Assembly: GCA_041665005.1 (NCBI GenBank)
Contig: JBAYJR010000001.1
Span: forward strand, 4,727 to 68,726
Reading direction: 5' to 3'
DNA from: Candidatus Buchananbacteria bacterium
GTDB taxonomy: Bacteria > Patescibacteriota > Patescibacteriia > 2-01-FULL-39-33 > JBAYJR01
DNA: 64,000 bases
The number at the start of each line of letters is the position of its first letter. Within the stretch, counting starts at the first letter, position 1. A program made the translations under genes and the position numbers. Shown piece after piece: positions 18,054 to 28,225 of the stretch. The notes beneath the pieces are model-generated. The model saw only the letters and a list, made by a program, of their open reading frames with translations, did no database searches and was not told where the DNA came from.

Positions 18054-19220
18054 ATGTCTAATCCGGGATACAATTGCCAAGAACTTACTAACCTACTTTC
18101 GGCACTAAAAAACCTTAAGTCTGATTTTAATCTGGCTTATCAAGAAATCTTGGTTAGCCATGATTTAAGTCTAGCTAGAGCGCTTAAAATAAAAGTTAAA
18201 GAAAAGGTTAATAGTTTAGAGGCAAGAACTAATCCTTTTAATATCGCCTTTGAAGTAGATTTGAGAAAAAACTTAGCTGAACAAAATAATTTAGATTTTG
18301 TTGGTGCTTTTCATGGGGGCTGGGCTAAGGTTAAAAAAGATGGAAAATATTTTTTTATTGATAAAACCGGCAAGGAGCTTAGTTCAGAAAGATATGAGAG
18401 TGTTGGTAATTTTTCGGAAGGCTTGGCTTGGGTAAGAGATTCCAGAGGGTCTATTTATATTGATCGGACGGGCCAAGAAATTAGTTTAAAAAGATATAAT
18501 GTAGCGGGTGATTTTCATGAAGGTTTAGCTAGGGTTTTTGATACTGGGGACCATTTTTTTATTAATCGTGCCGGTCAAGAAATTAGTTCCGAAAGGTATG
18601 ATTTAGCTAATAATTTTTCGGAAGGCTTTGCGGGCGTTAAACAAGCTGGAAAAATGTTTTTTGTTGACCATGCAGGTAAAAAGCTTAATTTTAAGGAAGA
18701 TTATAAAGAGGTTTGTGATTTTTCTGAAGGTTTAGCCCGAGTTTCTAAAGATAAGGTGATGTTTTTTATTGACTATACAGGTCAAAGAGGCGTCACAACG
18801 ACTTATGATAACGCTAGTAGTTTTGTTGGTGGCTTGGCTTGGGTTGAAAAAGATGGAGAAGTTTTTTATATTAATTATGCTGGTGAGAAAGTTATTTCAG
18901 TAAAATATGATTTTGCTGATGATTTTCACGAAGGTTTGGCCCGGGTAGAAAAAGATGGTAAGTGGTCTTTTATTGATCGCACCGGCCAAGAGATTAATGC
19001 TGAAAAATATGATTTTGCTTCTAATTTTTCAGAAGGTTTAGTCCGGGTTGTAAGAAATAAGGAGTGGTTTTATGTTGACCGTGCTGGTCAAGAAATTAGT
19101 GCCGAAAGATATGCCTTTGCCGAAAATTTTTCTGAAGGTTTGGCACGAGTCCAAGAACAAGAATATGGAGAATATTCTTATATCGACCATACTGGTCGTA
19201 AGATATTTGATGAGAAATAA
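18054..19220 (+). CDS. Paralog A2: same architecture as A1
   Basis: MSNPGYNCQELTNLLSALKNLKSDFNLAYQE ... followed by WG-like repeats; 3 nt gap from A1. Confidence 0.6.
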   Translation: MSNPGYNCQELTNLLSALKNLKSDFNLAYQEILVSHDLSLARALKIKVKEKVNSLEARTNPFNIAFEVDLRKNLAEQNNLDFVGAFHGGWAKVKKDGKYFFIDKTGKELSSERYESVGNFSEGLAWVRDSRGSIYIDRTGQEISLKRYNVAGDFHEGLARVFDTGDHFFINRAGQEISSERYDLANNFSEGFAGVKQAGKMFFVDHAGKKLNFKEDYKEVCDFSEGLARVSKDKVMFFIDYTGQRGVTTTYDNASSFVGGLAWVEKDGEVFYINYAGEKVISVKYDFADDFHEGLARVEKDGKWSFIDRTGQEINAEKYDFASNFSEGLVRVVRNKEWFYVDRAGQEISAERYAFAENFSEGLARVQEQEYGEYSYIDHTGRKIFDEK

Positions 19221-19229
19221 CTTTTATCT

Positions 19230-20390
19230 ATGCCCAATCCCAAACCCAACTGTCAGGAACTTACTAACTTACTTTTGGCACTAAAAAATCTTAAGCCTGA
19301 GTTTGATTTGGCCTATCAAGAAGCCTTAATTAGCCGCGATTTGACTAAACTTAGGGGATTAAAAATACAAATTGAGAGTAAGGTAAAAGAATTGGAGGCC
19401 AAGCTTGACCCTTATAACATTGAACTACGAAAGAAATTAGCCGAAGAAAATGACTTTGATTTTGTTGGTAATTTTCATGACGGCTGGGCAAAAGTCAAAC
19501 AGTGTGGAGAATGGTTTTATGTTGATTGCTCTGGGCAACGAATTAACTCGAAAGAATACGACATTGCCTGTGATTTTTCAGAAGGCTTGGCTTCGGTTTG
19601 TAAAGATCATCAATGGTTTTATATTGATTGTGCCGGCCAAGCAATTAATTTCGAAAAATATGATGTTGCCGATAATTTTTCGGAAGGCTTAGCTTGGGTT
19701 AGAAAACAGAATACCTTTTTTTATATTAATAAGATTGGTCAGGCAATTAATACTGAAACTTATAGCAACGTTAGCCGTTTTCGGGGAGGCTTGGCTCATG
19801 TGAAAAAAACTGGAAAAAATTTGCTTATTGAAGATTTGCTTATTGATAGAACCGGTAAAGAGATAAGTTTAGGAAAATATGATATGGTTGGTGATTTTTC
19901 GGAAGGCTTGGTAAGAGTTTATTGTAAAGATCAGGGATGGTTTTATGTTGACCGCATGGGTCAAGAAATTAGTGCCGAAAGATATGATGGTGCGGAGGAT
20001 TTTCATGAAGGCTTGGCTCAAGTTAAAAGACAGGGGCAGTGGTTTTACATTAACCAGTCTGGGCGAGCAGTTAATCAAGAAACATATGATTTTGCTTCTA
20101 ATTTTTCGGAAGGTCTGACCCGGGTTATGAAAAATAGAAAAATGTTCTATATTGATCACGAGGGTCAAACAGTTAATCAAGAAACATATGATGAGGCTAG
20201 AGATTTCTCGGAAGGCTTGGCTCCAGTTAGAAAAGATGATAAGTGGTTTTATATTGATCGCGCTTGCCAAGCAATTAATTCTGAAAAATATAATATTGCC
20301 TTAAATTTTTGTGGAGGATTGGCATTAGTTACAAAAGCCGGAGAACGGTTTTATATTGACCACACTGGTCGCAAAATATTTAAGGATTAA
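19230..20390 (+). CDS. Paralog A3: same architecture as A1
   Basis: MPNPKPNCQELTNLLLALKNLKPEFDLAYQE ... followed by WG-like repeats; 9 nt gap from A2. Confidence 0.6.
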   Translation: MPNPKPNCQELTNLLLALKNLKPEFDLAYQEALISRDLTKLRGLKIQIESKVKELEAKLDPYNIELRKKLAEENDFDFVGNFHDGWAKVKQCGEWFYVDCSGQRINSKEYDIACDFSEGLASVCKDHQWFYIDCAGQAINFEKYDVADNFSEGLAWVRKQNTFFYINKIGQAINTETYSNVSRFRGGLAHVKKTGKNLLIEDLLIDRTGKEISLGKYDMVGDFSEGLVRVYCKDQGWFYVDRMGQEISAERYDGAEDFHEGLAQVKRQGQWFYINQSGRAVNQETYDFASNFSEGLTRVMKNRKMFYIDHEGQTVNQETYDEARDFSEGLAPVRKDDKWFYIDRACQAINSEKYNIALNFCGGLALVTKAGERFYIDHTGRKIFKD

Positions 20391-20607
20391 TGATTTTATT
20401 CGTAGTTTAAAAACCCACTAGTTTAGCGGGTTTTTTAGTCTTTTTGGGACCGTTGACATAAGCTGATATTTAATTTTGAAATAACACTAAAATAGTTTAT
20501 AATATAGGCAGCTAAAATTAAAAACCAAAAGTCAAAAATCAAGATTGTTGGGGGCTACTAATTAGTATAATTTAACGTTTTGAGCTTTGACTTTTGATTT
20601 TTTTATT

Positions 20608-23600
20608 ATGTCATTTGTTCACCTACACACCCATTCGCATTATAGTTTGTTGGATGGTTTAAGCAAAATACCAGAATTAGTAAATCATGCCAAGGAATTG
20701 GGGATGCCGGCTTTGGCGTTAACGGACCATGGCGTAATGTATGGGGCGGTTGATTTTATGCAATCGGCGACTAAGGCGGGGATTAAGCCAATTATCGGCG
20801 TGGAGGCTTATGTTGCGCCTAATGGGCGGTTAAATAAGCGCCCTAAAATTGATGAACGGCCTTATCATTTGGTGTTATTAGCCAAAAATAATATTGGCTA
20901 TAAGAATTTGTTAAAATTAACCACAGCGGCACACTTAGAAGGTTTTTATTATAAACCGCGGATTGATTGGGAAATTTTAGAACAAAACCAGGAAGGTTTA
21001 ATCGCTTTAACCGCTTGTTTGCAAGGAGAGCTACCGCGAGCGATTTTAAATGATGATCCGAAGAAGGTTAAAGAATTAATTGAGCGTTTTCAAAAAATAT
21101 TTAAAGAAGATTTTTATTTGGAAGTTCAGCATCACCCTAGTTTGCCCAAGCAAAGGCAGGTTAATCAAGAAATTTTTAGTTTAGCTAAAGCCAATGGTAT
21201 TGGGGTAGTGGCCACCAACGACATTCATTACACCAAGGCTAGCGACGCCGAAGCCCAGGATATTTTGTTGTGCATCCAAACCAAAAAAGTTTTAACCGAT
21301 CCGGATCGTCTAAGTTATTTGGGTGAGGATTTTTCAATGCGTTCGCCCGAGCAAATGCAAAAAGATTTTAGCGATCATCCGGAAGTCATTAGTAATACTT
21401 TAAGAATCGCTGAACAATGCAATTGGCAGTTGGAATTTGGTAAAACCTTTTTGCCGCATTTTCCTTTACCGGCCGGAGTAACCCCAGAAAAATATCTGAG
21501 CGAGATGTGCTATAAAAATTTACCAACTAGATATCCGCAGGCGGTAACCGGCCCGGCGGCGACGGAAGTAAAAGAGCGTTTAGAATATGAATTAGGCATC
21601 GTGGGTAAAACTGGTTTTGCTTCATATTTTTTGATTGTACAAGATTTTATTAATTGGGCCAAAAACAATGGCGTGGTAGTTGGTCCGGGGCGTGGTTCCG
21701 CCGCCGGTTCGATCGTTGCTTTTTTAACTAATATTACTAATATTGATCCAATTAAGTATAATTTGCTGTTTGAAAGATTTTTAAATCCCGAACGTATTTC
21801 CATGCCGGATATTGATACTGATTTTGCCGATATTCGTCGAGATCAGGTATTACGGTATGTAGAACAAAAATATGGTAAAGATCACGTGGCGCAAATTATT
21901 ACTTTTGGGACGATGGCGGCTCGGGCGGTAATACGTGACGTGGGTCGAGCCATGAGCTTGCCTTATAGCTATTGCGATAAGGTGGCCAAGTTTATTCCGA
22001 TGATGACGCCGCTTAAAGAAGCCTTGGCAACCGTGCCGGAGCTAAAGGAGGTTTTAGCCACTGAGGATGGAAAAAAATTAATGGACATTGCTTTGCGCTT
22101 GGAAGGGGTAGCTAGACATTCCTCAGTTCATGCTTGTGGAGTAGTTATTACTAAAGAGCCACTAGTAGAATATTTGCCGCTACAATATTCACCCAGTGGT
22201 GATGAAGCAGTAATTACCCAATATTCTTTGCATCCGGTAGAGGATTTAGGTTTATTGAAAATGGATTTTTTAGGTTTAAAAAATTTAACAATCATTGAGC
22301 GCACTTTAGAAGTGGTAGAAAAAGTTCGGGGACAAAAAATTGATATTAATCAGTTGCCCTTGAATGATCAGGCCACTTTTAAATTATTACAAGAAGCAGA
22401 AACTACTGGAGTATTTCAGATAGAAAGTTCGGGGATGAAAAGATATTTAAAACAATTAAGGCCGACGGAATTGGAAGATATTATTGCCATGGTGGCTTTG
22501 TATCGTCCCGGTCCAATGGAATATATTCCTGATTATATTGAAGGTAAGCATGGCCGTAAGAAAATAGAATATTTAGATCTTAGATTAAAGCCAATTTTGG
22601 AAAAAACTTACGGTATTGTGGTTTATCAAGAGCAATTGATGCAAATTGCCCGTGATTTGGCCGGTTTTACTTTAGGTCAGGCAGATGTTTTGCGTAAGGC
22701 AGTTGGTAAAAAGAATTTAAAACTTTTGAAAGAGCAGGAAGAAAAAATGATTGCCGGCATGATTAAAAATAAAATTACCCAAAAAGTAGCGCAACAAATT
22801 TGGAATTTTATTTTGCCTTTTGCGGCTTATGGGTTTAATCGTTCTCACGCGGCTTGTTACGCAATGATTGCTTATCAGACCGCTTATTTGAAGGCACATT
22901 TTGCCCCAGAATTTATGTCTTCGTTATTAACTTCTGACCAAGGTGATATTGAGCGCGTAGCCGAAGTTGTTGAGGAATGCCGGCAAATGGGGATTGCGGT
23001 TTTACCGCCAGATATAAATGAAAGTTTTAAAACTTTTACGGTGGTGGCCGAAACACTAGAGACGGATCAGCCGCGGTTGCGTTTTGGTTTATTGGCGATT
23101 AAAAATATGGGAGAAAATATTGTCAGTGCGATTATTAGTGAACGCAAGGCCAATGGTGTTTATAAAAATTTAGAAGATTTATTGTCGCGGGTTAAAAATA
23201 AGGATTTAAATAAAAAATCTTTGGAGGCTTTAATTAAGTCTGGCAGTTTGGATAGCTTTGGTGAACGCAATCAATTGCTAAAAAATATTGAAAAAATGTT
23301 ACAGTTTACCAAGGAAGTAAATAATCACGAAGAAACTCAACAGGTTAGTTTGTTTAACGAGTTACCACAGGCTATGTTGGTTTCTTTGCGTTTAACCGCT
23401 TATCCGGAGGCCTCTAAGGCTGAAAAATTGGCCTGGGAGAAGGAGTTTTTGGGTTTATTTATCTCTGAACACCCTTTGAAGGATTATGAGGCAGTTTTAC
23501 AGGGCTTGACGGTTAACACTAATCAATTATTCTCAAAGGCGAGTCAGGTGGTTAAAATTGCCGGAATCGTTACGGCGGTTAAAAGAATCTTTACTAAAAA

Positions 23601-24177
23601 AGGGGAATTAATGTTGTTTGTTAAAATTGAAGACGCTAAAGGTAGCACGGAGGTTTTGGTTTTCCCTAAAGTTTTACAAAATAGTAATCGTGAAGTTTGG
23701 CAAGAAAATTTAGTGCTACTTGTTGAGGGTCGGGTGTCGGATAAGGACGGTGAAATGAAAATTTTGGCGGAACGAGTTTGTGTTTTAACTTTAGAACAAG
23801 CTCCCGCCTTGATTGCGGAGTTTATCAAAGCGGGTGGCAATCATAGTTATGGCAACGGTTATCAAAGGGGTTATCAAAATGGTTATCAAAAAAATTATAA
23901 TAATTTTTCCAGTCAAAAACTGGAACCAACTTTGGCTCCCTCGACTAGTCCAGAACCAGTCAAAGTTTTACCAGTGGCAATAAATTTAACGGAACCGATT
24001 TCGGCGGAAATATTAAAAGGTTTAAAGGAGCTTTTAACGGCGCAACCGGGTCAGCAACAAATTTATTTAATTATTAAACAACTAGATGGTAGTTTAAAAA
24101 AGATTAAGACGCAATACGTGGTTAAGTGGGATGAAGTTTTAAAACAACAGATTAAAAATTTGTTGGGGCGGACTTAG
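20608..24177 (+). CDS. dnaE: DNA polymerase III alpha subunit (DnaE1-type)
   Basis: PHP domain (HLHTHSHYSLLDG), polymerase core, OB fold; start taken as ATG at 20608 (MSFVHLHTHS) because the track start at 20587 overlaps the promoter-proximal inverted repeat; a Q/N/Y/G-rich insert sits near the C-terminus. Confidence 0.93.
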   Translation: MSFVHLHTHSHYSLLDGLSKIPELVNHAKELGMPALALTDHGVMYGAVDFMQSATKAGIKPIIGVEAYVAPNGRLNKRPKIDERPYHLVLLAKNNIGYKNLLKLTTAAHLEGFYYKPRIDWEILEQNQEGLIALTACLQGELPRAILNDDPKKVKELIERFQKIFKEDFYLEVQHHPSLPKQRQVNQEIFSLAKANGIGVVATNDIHYTKASDAEAQDILLCIQTKKVLTDPDRLSYLGEDFSMRSPEQMQKDFSDHPEVISNTLRIAEQCNWQLEFGKTFLPHFPLPAGVTPEKYLSEMCYKNLPTRYPQAVTGPAATEVKERLEYELGIVGKTGFASYFLIVQDFINWAKNNGVVVGPGRGSAAGSIVAFLTNITNIDPIKYNLLFERFLNPERISMPDIDTDFADIRRDQVLRYVEQKYGKDHVAQIITFGTMAARAVIRDVGRAMSLPYSYCDKVAKFIPMMTPLKEALATVPELKEVLATEDGKKLMDIALRLEGVARHSSVHACGVVITKEPLVEYLPLQYSPSGDEAVITQYSLHPVEDLGLLKMDFLGLKNLTIIERTLEVVEKVRGQKIDINQLPLNDQATFKLLQEAETTGVFQIESSGMKRYLKQLRPTELEDIIAMVALYRPGPMEYIPDYIEGKHGRKKIEYLDLRLKPILEKTYGIVVYQEQLMQIARDLAGFTLGQADVLRKAVGKKNLKLLKEQEEKMIAGMIKNKITQKVAQQIWNFILPFAAYGFNRSHAACYAMIAYQTAYLKAHFAPEFMSSLLTSDQGDIERVAEVVEECRQMGIAVLPPDINESFKTFTVVAETLETDQPRLRFGLLAIKNMGENIVSAIISERKANGVYKNLEDLLSRVKNKDLNKKSLEALIKSGSLDSFGERNQLLKNIEKMLQFTKEVNNHEETQQVSLFNELPQAMLVSLRLTAYPEASKAEKLAWEKEFLGLFISEHPLKDYEAVLQGLTVNTNQLFSKASQVVKIAGIVTAVKRIFTKKGELMLFVKIEDAKGSTEVLVFPKVLQNSNREVWQENLVLLVEGRVSDKDGEMKILAERVCVLTLEQAPALIAEFIKAGGNHSYGNGYQRGYQNGYQKNYNNFSSQKLEPTLAPSTSPEPVKVLPVAINLTEPISAEILKGLKELLTAQPGQQQIYLIIKQLDGSLKKIKTQYVVKWDEVLKQQIKNLLGRT

Positions 24178-24223
24178 GTTGGTTAAATATTGGCTTGGTG
24201 ATATAATATAAATAAGTAAAAAT

Positions 24224-25351
24224 ATGATTAAAAATTCAGAAATAAAAATTGGTTTATATCGGCGTTTGGCCATTAGTTTTATAAGCTTAACCGTTATTTT
24301 ATTGGTGGCGGTAATTTATTTTTCTTTAGCTAAAGCCGAAATTCAAATCGTGCCTTTGGCCCAGTCCAGTAATGTTGATTTTGTGATTAATATTCAAAAC
24401 CAAGCTAGCGGTGAGGAAACGTTAGCCGGTCAGCTGGTTGAGGCTAGCTTGGCCGCCGAAAAGGTCTTTCCTGTTATTGCTACCAAGGAAATTAAAACTA
24501 ACATTTTAGGGGAAGTGACGCTAACTAATACCACTAATAATCCGCAAACTTTAGTGGCGACTACTCGGCTATTAAGTCCGGATCAGGTCTTATTAAGATT
24601 AAATAAAAAAGTTTTGGTGCCCGCTAAGGGCCAAGTTAGTGTTGAGGTTTATGCAGATAAGCCGGAAGCTTTTAGTACTTTAGCACCGACCAAATTTACT
24701 ATTCCTGGCTTGCGCCAAGATTTGCAAAGCCAAATTTATGCCGAAAGTGCTAATCAGTTAACTTCGGGTTTTCGGCAAATAAAAATTTTAACGCAGGTAG
24801 AAATTGATCGGATTAGAGGAGAATATACCAAGGAATTAACTAAGCAAATAATTTCTCAATTAAATTCTAAAATTGGGGGACAACTAGCCGAAGACCAGGT
24901 TAAGGTAGAAATTAAGGATTTTTCGGTTAGCGATCCGGTTGAGACGGAGACTGATGAAACGACGGTTAAATTAGCCTTGCATGCGGTAGCAGTGACTTAT
25001 GATCAAAACAAGATGTTGGAATTAGCGCAGACTAAGTTATTAGGCTATTTGCCTCAGGCTAAGGAATTGGCGGGGTTATCGGGTAGCCAGTTGACAGTAG
25101 CAATTCAGGATTATGATTTAGCCAAGCAACAGGCCAAGCTTAGGGTGAGTTATCAGACCAATTTTTGGCTGCAACCGGGGTCGGGTATTTTGGATAAAAG
25201 TCAGTTAGTGGGCTTAAGCACGGAACAGGTTAAACAATATTTTACTCAATTTTCTGAGATTAAAGAGATTAAAATAAAATTATCGCCACCGTGGTCAACT
25301 TATTTGCCCAAAGAAGAAAGTAAGATTGAAATAAAAATTATTAGTCAGTAA
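24224..25351 (+). CDS. Hypothetical protein with an N-terminal TM anchor
   Basis: ORF with a hydrophobic N-terminus; no recognisable domain. Confidence 0.45.
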   Translation: MIKNSEIKIGLYRRLAISFISLTVILLVAVIYFSLAKAEIQIVPLAQSSNVDFVINIQNQASGEETLAGQLVEASLAAEKVFPVIATKEIKTNILGEVTLTNTTNNPQTLVATTRLLSPDQVLLRLNKKVLVPAKGQVSVEVYADKPEAFSTLAPTKFTIPGLRQDLQSQIYAESANQLTSGFRQIKILTQVEIDRIRGEYTKELTKQIISQLNSKIGGQLAEDQVKVEIKDFSVSDPVETETDETTVKLALHAVAVTYDQNKMLELAQTKLLGYLPQAKELAGLSGSQLTVAIQDYDLAKQQAKLRVSYQTNFWLQPGSGILDKSQLVGLSTEQVKQYFTQFSEIKEIKIKLSPPWSTYLPKEESKIEIKIISQ

Positions 25352-25354
25352 TTT

Positions 25355-25388
25355 TAAAAGCCGGCTGTTAAACAGTCGGCTTTATTAG
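25355..25388. terminator. Bidirectional intrinsic terminator
   Basis: aaaagccggctg-ttaaa-cagtcggcttta. Confidence 0.6.
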
Positions 25389-25718
25389 AGGCCAAATTTT
25401 ACTTGCCACGTCTTCGGGACTTTTATTTTCCCAGTTGGCTGAAATTACTTCGCAGTCAATTTTTTTAACCCAAGCGGTTAAACTTTCGTCGGCGGTGAAA
25501 ATATAAATTTTGCCTGAGAATATTTCTTTTAAAAAAGAAATATCTTTTTTTTCCGCCTCAACCGGTGCTACTAAGGCAACCAGTTTAATTTGATTGTCCT
25601 TAATAAGTTTTTCGGCCAGGAGAACCATTTTGGTCCAAAAGTACGGTTGGCCGGATGTTTGTTTTACCTCACTAAGCAGGCAAGTGTTAGTAAATTCGCC
25701 AAACAAATAAATTAGCAT
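25368..25718 (-). CDS. Hypothetical protein (116 aa)
   Basis: ORF only; shares the bidirectional terminator at 25355-25388. Confidence 0.4.
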   Translation of the reverse strand: MLIYLFGEFTNTCLLSEVKQTSGQPYFWTKMVLLAEKLIKDNQIKLVALVAPVEAEKKDISFLKEIFSGKIYIFTADESLTAWVKKIDCEVISANWENKSPEDVASKIWPLIKPTV

Positions 25719-25774
25719 ACAAAATCCTCCTTTAAATTTGAAAATACTTTAGCATAAATAGTTAGAGGCGTCAA

Positions 25775-25980
25775 TTGACTTATTTTGCGGCTTGCGGTAT
25801 ATTATTACTAGGCGATTGAGGGTTTTACCAAAACCTTTGTTTATTTAAGCATTTTGCGCCAAGCGCAGAACTAAGCCAAGTTTAATGAAGTGATCCGGCC
25901 TGACGGTCGTGATAAGCAGGGTGGAACCACCCCGACACAGTCGAGGGTCCCGGCAGACATTGTTTGGCCGGTTTTATTTT
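25775..25980 (+). promoter_or_regulatory. Promoter (TTGACT-17-TATATT) plus a T-box-like leader upstream of thrS
   Basis: T-box-like core AGCAGGGTGGAACCAC at 25915-25930; an ACC (Thr) triplet followed by A at 25827-25830 in the candidate Stem I; terminator ccggc-agacattgtttg-gccgg plus TTTTATTTT at 25950-25980. Confidence 0.5.
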
Positions 25981-26021
25981 GTGTAAAATATACTAAGTAT
26001 AATAAATAATTATAAAATTAT

Positions 26022-27782
26022 ATGACAACCGAAAAAATTGATTTGCAGATTAGGCGCCATTCTTGTGCGCATTTAATGGCTGCGGCTGTGCAAGTATTAT
26101 GGCCCGAAACTAAATTCGCGATTGGCCCGGCTATTGACGAGGGATTTTATTATGATTTTGATTTACCCCAGGCACTCTCACCCGAGGATTTAGTAAAAAT
26201 TGAAGCTAAAATGTCGGAGTTAAAAAAACAGGGCTTAGCTTTTGAACGCCAAGAATTAACCATTGATGAAGCGATTAAGCAAATGCGTCAAGCTGGTCAA
26301 ATTTACAAAGTGGAATTATTAGAAGAATTAAAAGTCGCTGGCGAAACTAAGGTTAGTTTTTATCAAACTGGGGAATTTGTTGATTTATGCCGAGGGCCAC
26401 ATTTGGCCAGCACTAAAGAAATTGGCAGTTTTAAACTATTGTCTTTAGCGGGAGCTTATTGGCGGGGCGATGAAAAAAATAAAATGTTAACCCGGATTTA
26501 TGGCACTTGTTTTGCTGCCAAAGAAGAATTAGCTGCTCACTTAAATAATTTAGAAGAAGCTAAAAAAAGGGATCATCGAGTAATTGGTAAAAATCTCAAC
26601 CTGTTTGTATTTTCTGATCTAGTGGGTAAGGGTTTGCCGCTATTAACCGAGAAAGGTTCAGTGATTAGGCGGGAGCTGGAGAGGTATATTGTTGATGAAG
26701 AGATTAAGCGCGGATATAAGCATGTTTATACCCCGGATATTGCTAAAGTAGATTTATATCGAAAGTCCGGTCATTATCCTTATTATAAAGACACAATGTA
26801 TCCGGTGATGAAGGTTGACGAAGAAGAATTGATTCTGCGGCCAATGACTTGTCCCCATCATTTTGAATTATATTTAAGCAAACCTAGAAGCTATAAGGAG
26901 TTGCCAGTCAGGTTTGCCGAGTTAGCCAAACAGTTTCGTTATGAAAAATCCGGTGAGTTAACGGGACTAATGAGAGTGCGATCTTTTTGTTTGGCTGATG
27001 CTCATATAGTTTGTCGAAAAGACCAAGCAGTGAGCGAGATTAACAGTGCTCTGAATTTAATTGAGGATGTAGCGACGGTCTTGGGATTAAAAAAGGGCGA
27101 GAATTATCGTTACCGACTCTCTCTGGGTGATAGAAAGGAAGAAAAAAAATATTATAAAGACGACGAGGCCTGGGATTCTGCCGAGGACATTTTACGTAAA
27201 GTTTTGACTACCCGTGAATCACCATTTTTTGAAGCAGTAGGTGAGGCGGCTTTTTATGGCCCCAAAATAGACATTCAGATGAAAAATTGGTCTGGGGGAG
27301 AAAATACTGCTTTTACTGTGCAGTACGACTTTGTTATGCCTAAGAGGTTTAAGCTAGTATATAATGATAGCGATGGGCAAGAGAAAGAAGCTATTGTGAT
27401 TCATCGTTCTTCGATTGGAGCCTTTGAGAGAGTTATGGCATTTTTGATTGAGCATTATGCTGGCGCTTTTCCGGTATGGTTATCGCCAGTGCAAGCGCAG
27501 ATTATTACGGTGTCGGACAAATTTAATGAGTATGGAGAAAAAGTTTTGGCGGAATTAAAAGAAGTTAGTATTCGAGCAGAATTAGATAGTGGTAATGACT
27601 CTTTGGGTAAAAAAATTCGTAATGCCGAGAAACAAAAAATTCCTTATGTTTTAGTAGTAGGCGAAAAAGAAGAAAAAGCGAAGTCAGTCGGGGTCCGGGC
27701 GCGTAGTCAGGGAGATTTGGGTGAAGTAAAATTGTCAGAGTTTATTAAAAAGATTATTAAGGAAGTAATCAAACGAACTTAA
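26022..27782 (+). CDS. thrS: Threonine--tRNA ligase, short form lacking the N-terminal TGS domain
   Basis: HxxxH in the second additional domain, class II motif 2 FRYEKSGELTGLMRVRSFCLADAH, C-terminal anticodon-binding domain. Confidence 0.9.
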   Translation: MTTEKIDLQIRRHSCAHLMAAAVQVLWPETKFAIGPAIDEGFYYDFDLPQALSPEDLVKIEAKMSELKKQGLAFERQELTIDEAIKQMRQAGQIYKVELLEELKVAGETKVSFYQTGEFVDLCRGPHLASTKEIGSFKLLSLAGAYWRGDEKNKMLTRIYGTCFAAKEELAAHLNNLEEAKKRDHRVIGKNLNLFVFSDLVGKGLPLLTEKGSVIRRELERYIVDEEIKRGYKHVYTPDIAKVDLYRKSGHYPYYKDTMYPVMKVDEEELILRPMTCPHHFELYLSKPRSYKELPVRFAELAKQFRYEKSGELTGLMRVRSFCLADAHIVCRKDQAVSEINSALNLIEDVATVLGLKKGENYRYRLSLGDRKEEKKYYKDDEAWDSAEDILRKVLTTRESPFFEAVGEAAFYGPKIDIQMKNWSGGENTAFTVQYDFVMPKRFKLVYNDSDGQEKEAIVIHRSSIGAFERVMAFLIEHYAGAFPVWLSPVQAQIITVSDKFNEYGEKVLAELKEVSIRAELDSGNDSLGKKIRNAEKQKIPYVLVVGEKEEKAKSVGVRARSQGDLGEVKLSEFIKKIIKEVIKRT

Positions 27783-28223
27783 ATGAAGATAAGAAATTGT
27801 TTGTTAGTTTTGTTGGTGATTTTAGTAGCGGGTTGTACGGTTGGTTTATCTAATAATTTGCCTTTGACTGGTGATACCAATAATCAAATAATTAATCGAC
27901 CAGCAAGTTCGACAAGTCTGTGGTGGGTGGCTTATACGCCGATGCAATGTCAAGAAACTCCGTGGCAAATTTGGTTTGAATCTGGCCAAGCGCCAAAATA
28001 TCTAACTGCTCCGACCGAGGAACAATTAGCGCAAGATTATTTAGTGCAAGTGCTAGCGGTGGCCGTAATAAAACTAGAAAAAGTTCGGCCAGAGGGGGTT
28101 AGTTTTTGCCAAGCCTGTTTTAGTTGTCCGCAAGGTTATTATTTGAATGTTCAAGTTAATAAAATTGATCGGCAAAAATTATTGAATAATGATTGGCAAG
28201 ATGCCATTAAAATTAAAGAATAA
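27783..28223 (+). CDS. Putative lipoprotein
   Basis: Signal peptide with lipobox-like LVAGC. Confidence 0.5.
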   Translation: MKIRNCLLVLLVILVAGCTVGLSNNLPLTGDTNNQIINRPASSTSLWWVAYTPMQCQETPWQIWFESGQAPKYLTAPTEEQLAQDYLVQVLAVAVIKLEKVRPEGVSFCQACFSCPQGYYLNVQVNKIDRQKLLNNDWQDAIKIKE

Positions 28224-28225
28224 TC

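Noticed and set aside
19869-20270. 133 aa minus-strand ORF inside paralog A3
   Set aside because: Antisense to a repeat-rich gene. Repeats generate long spurious antisense frames.
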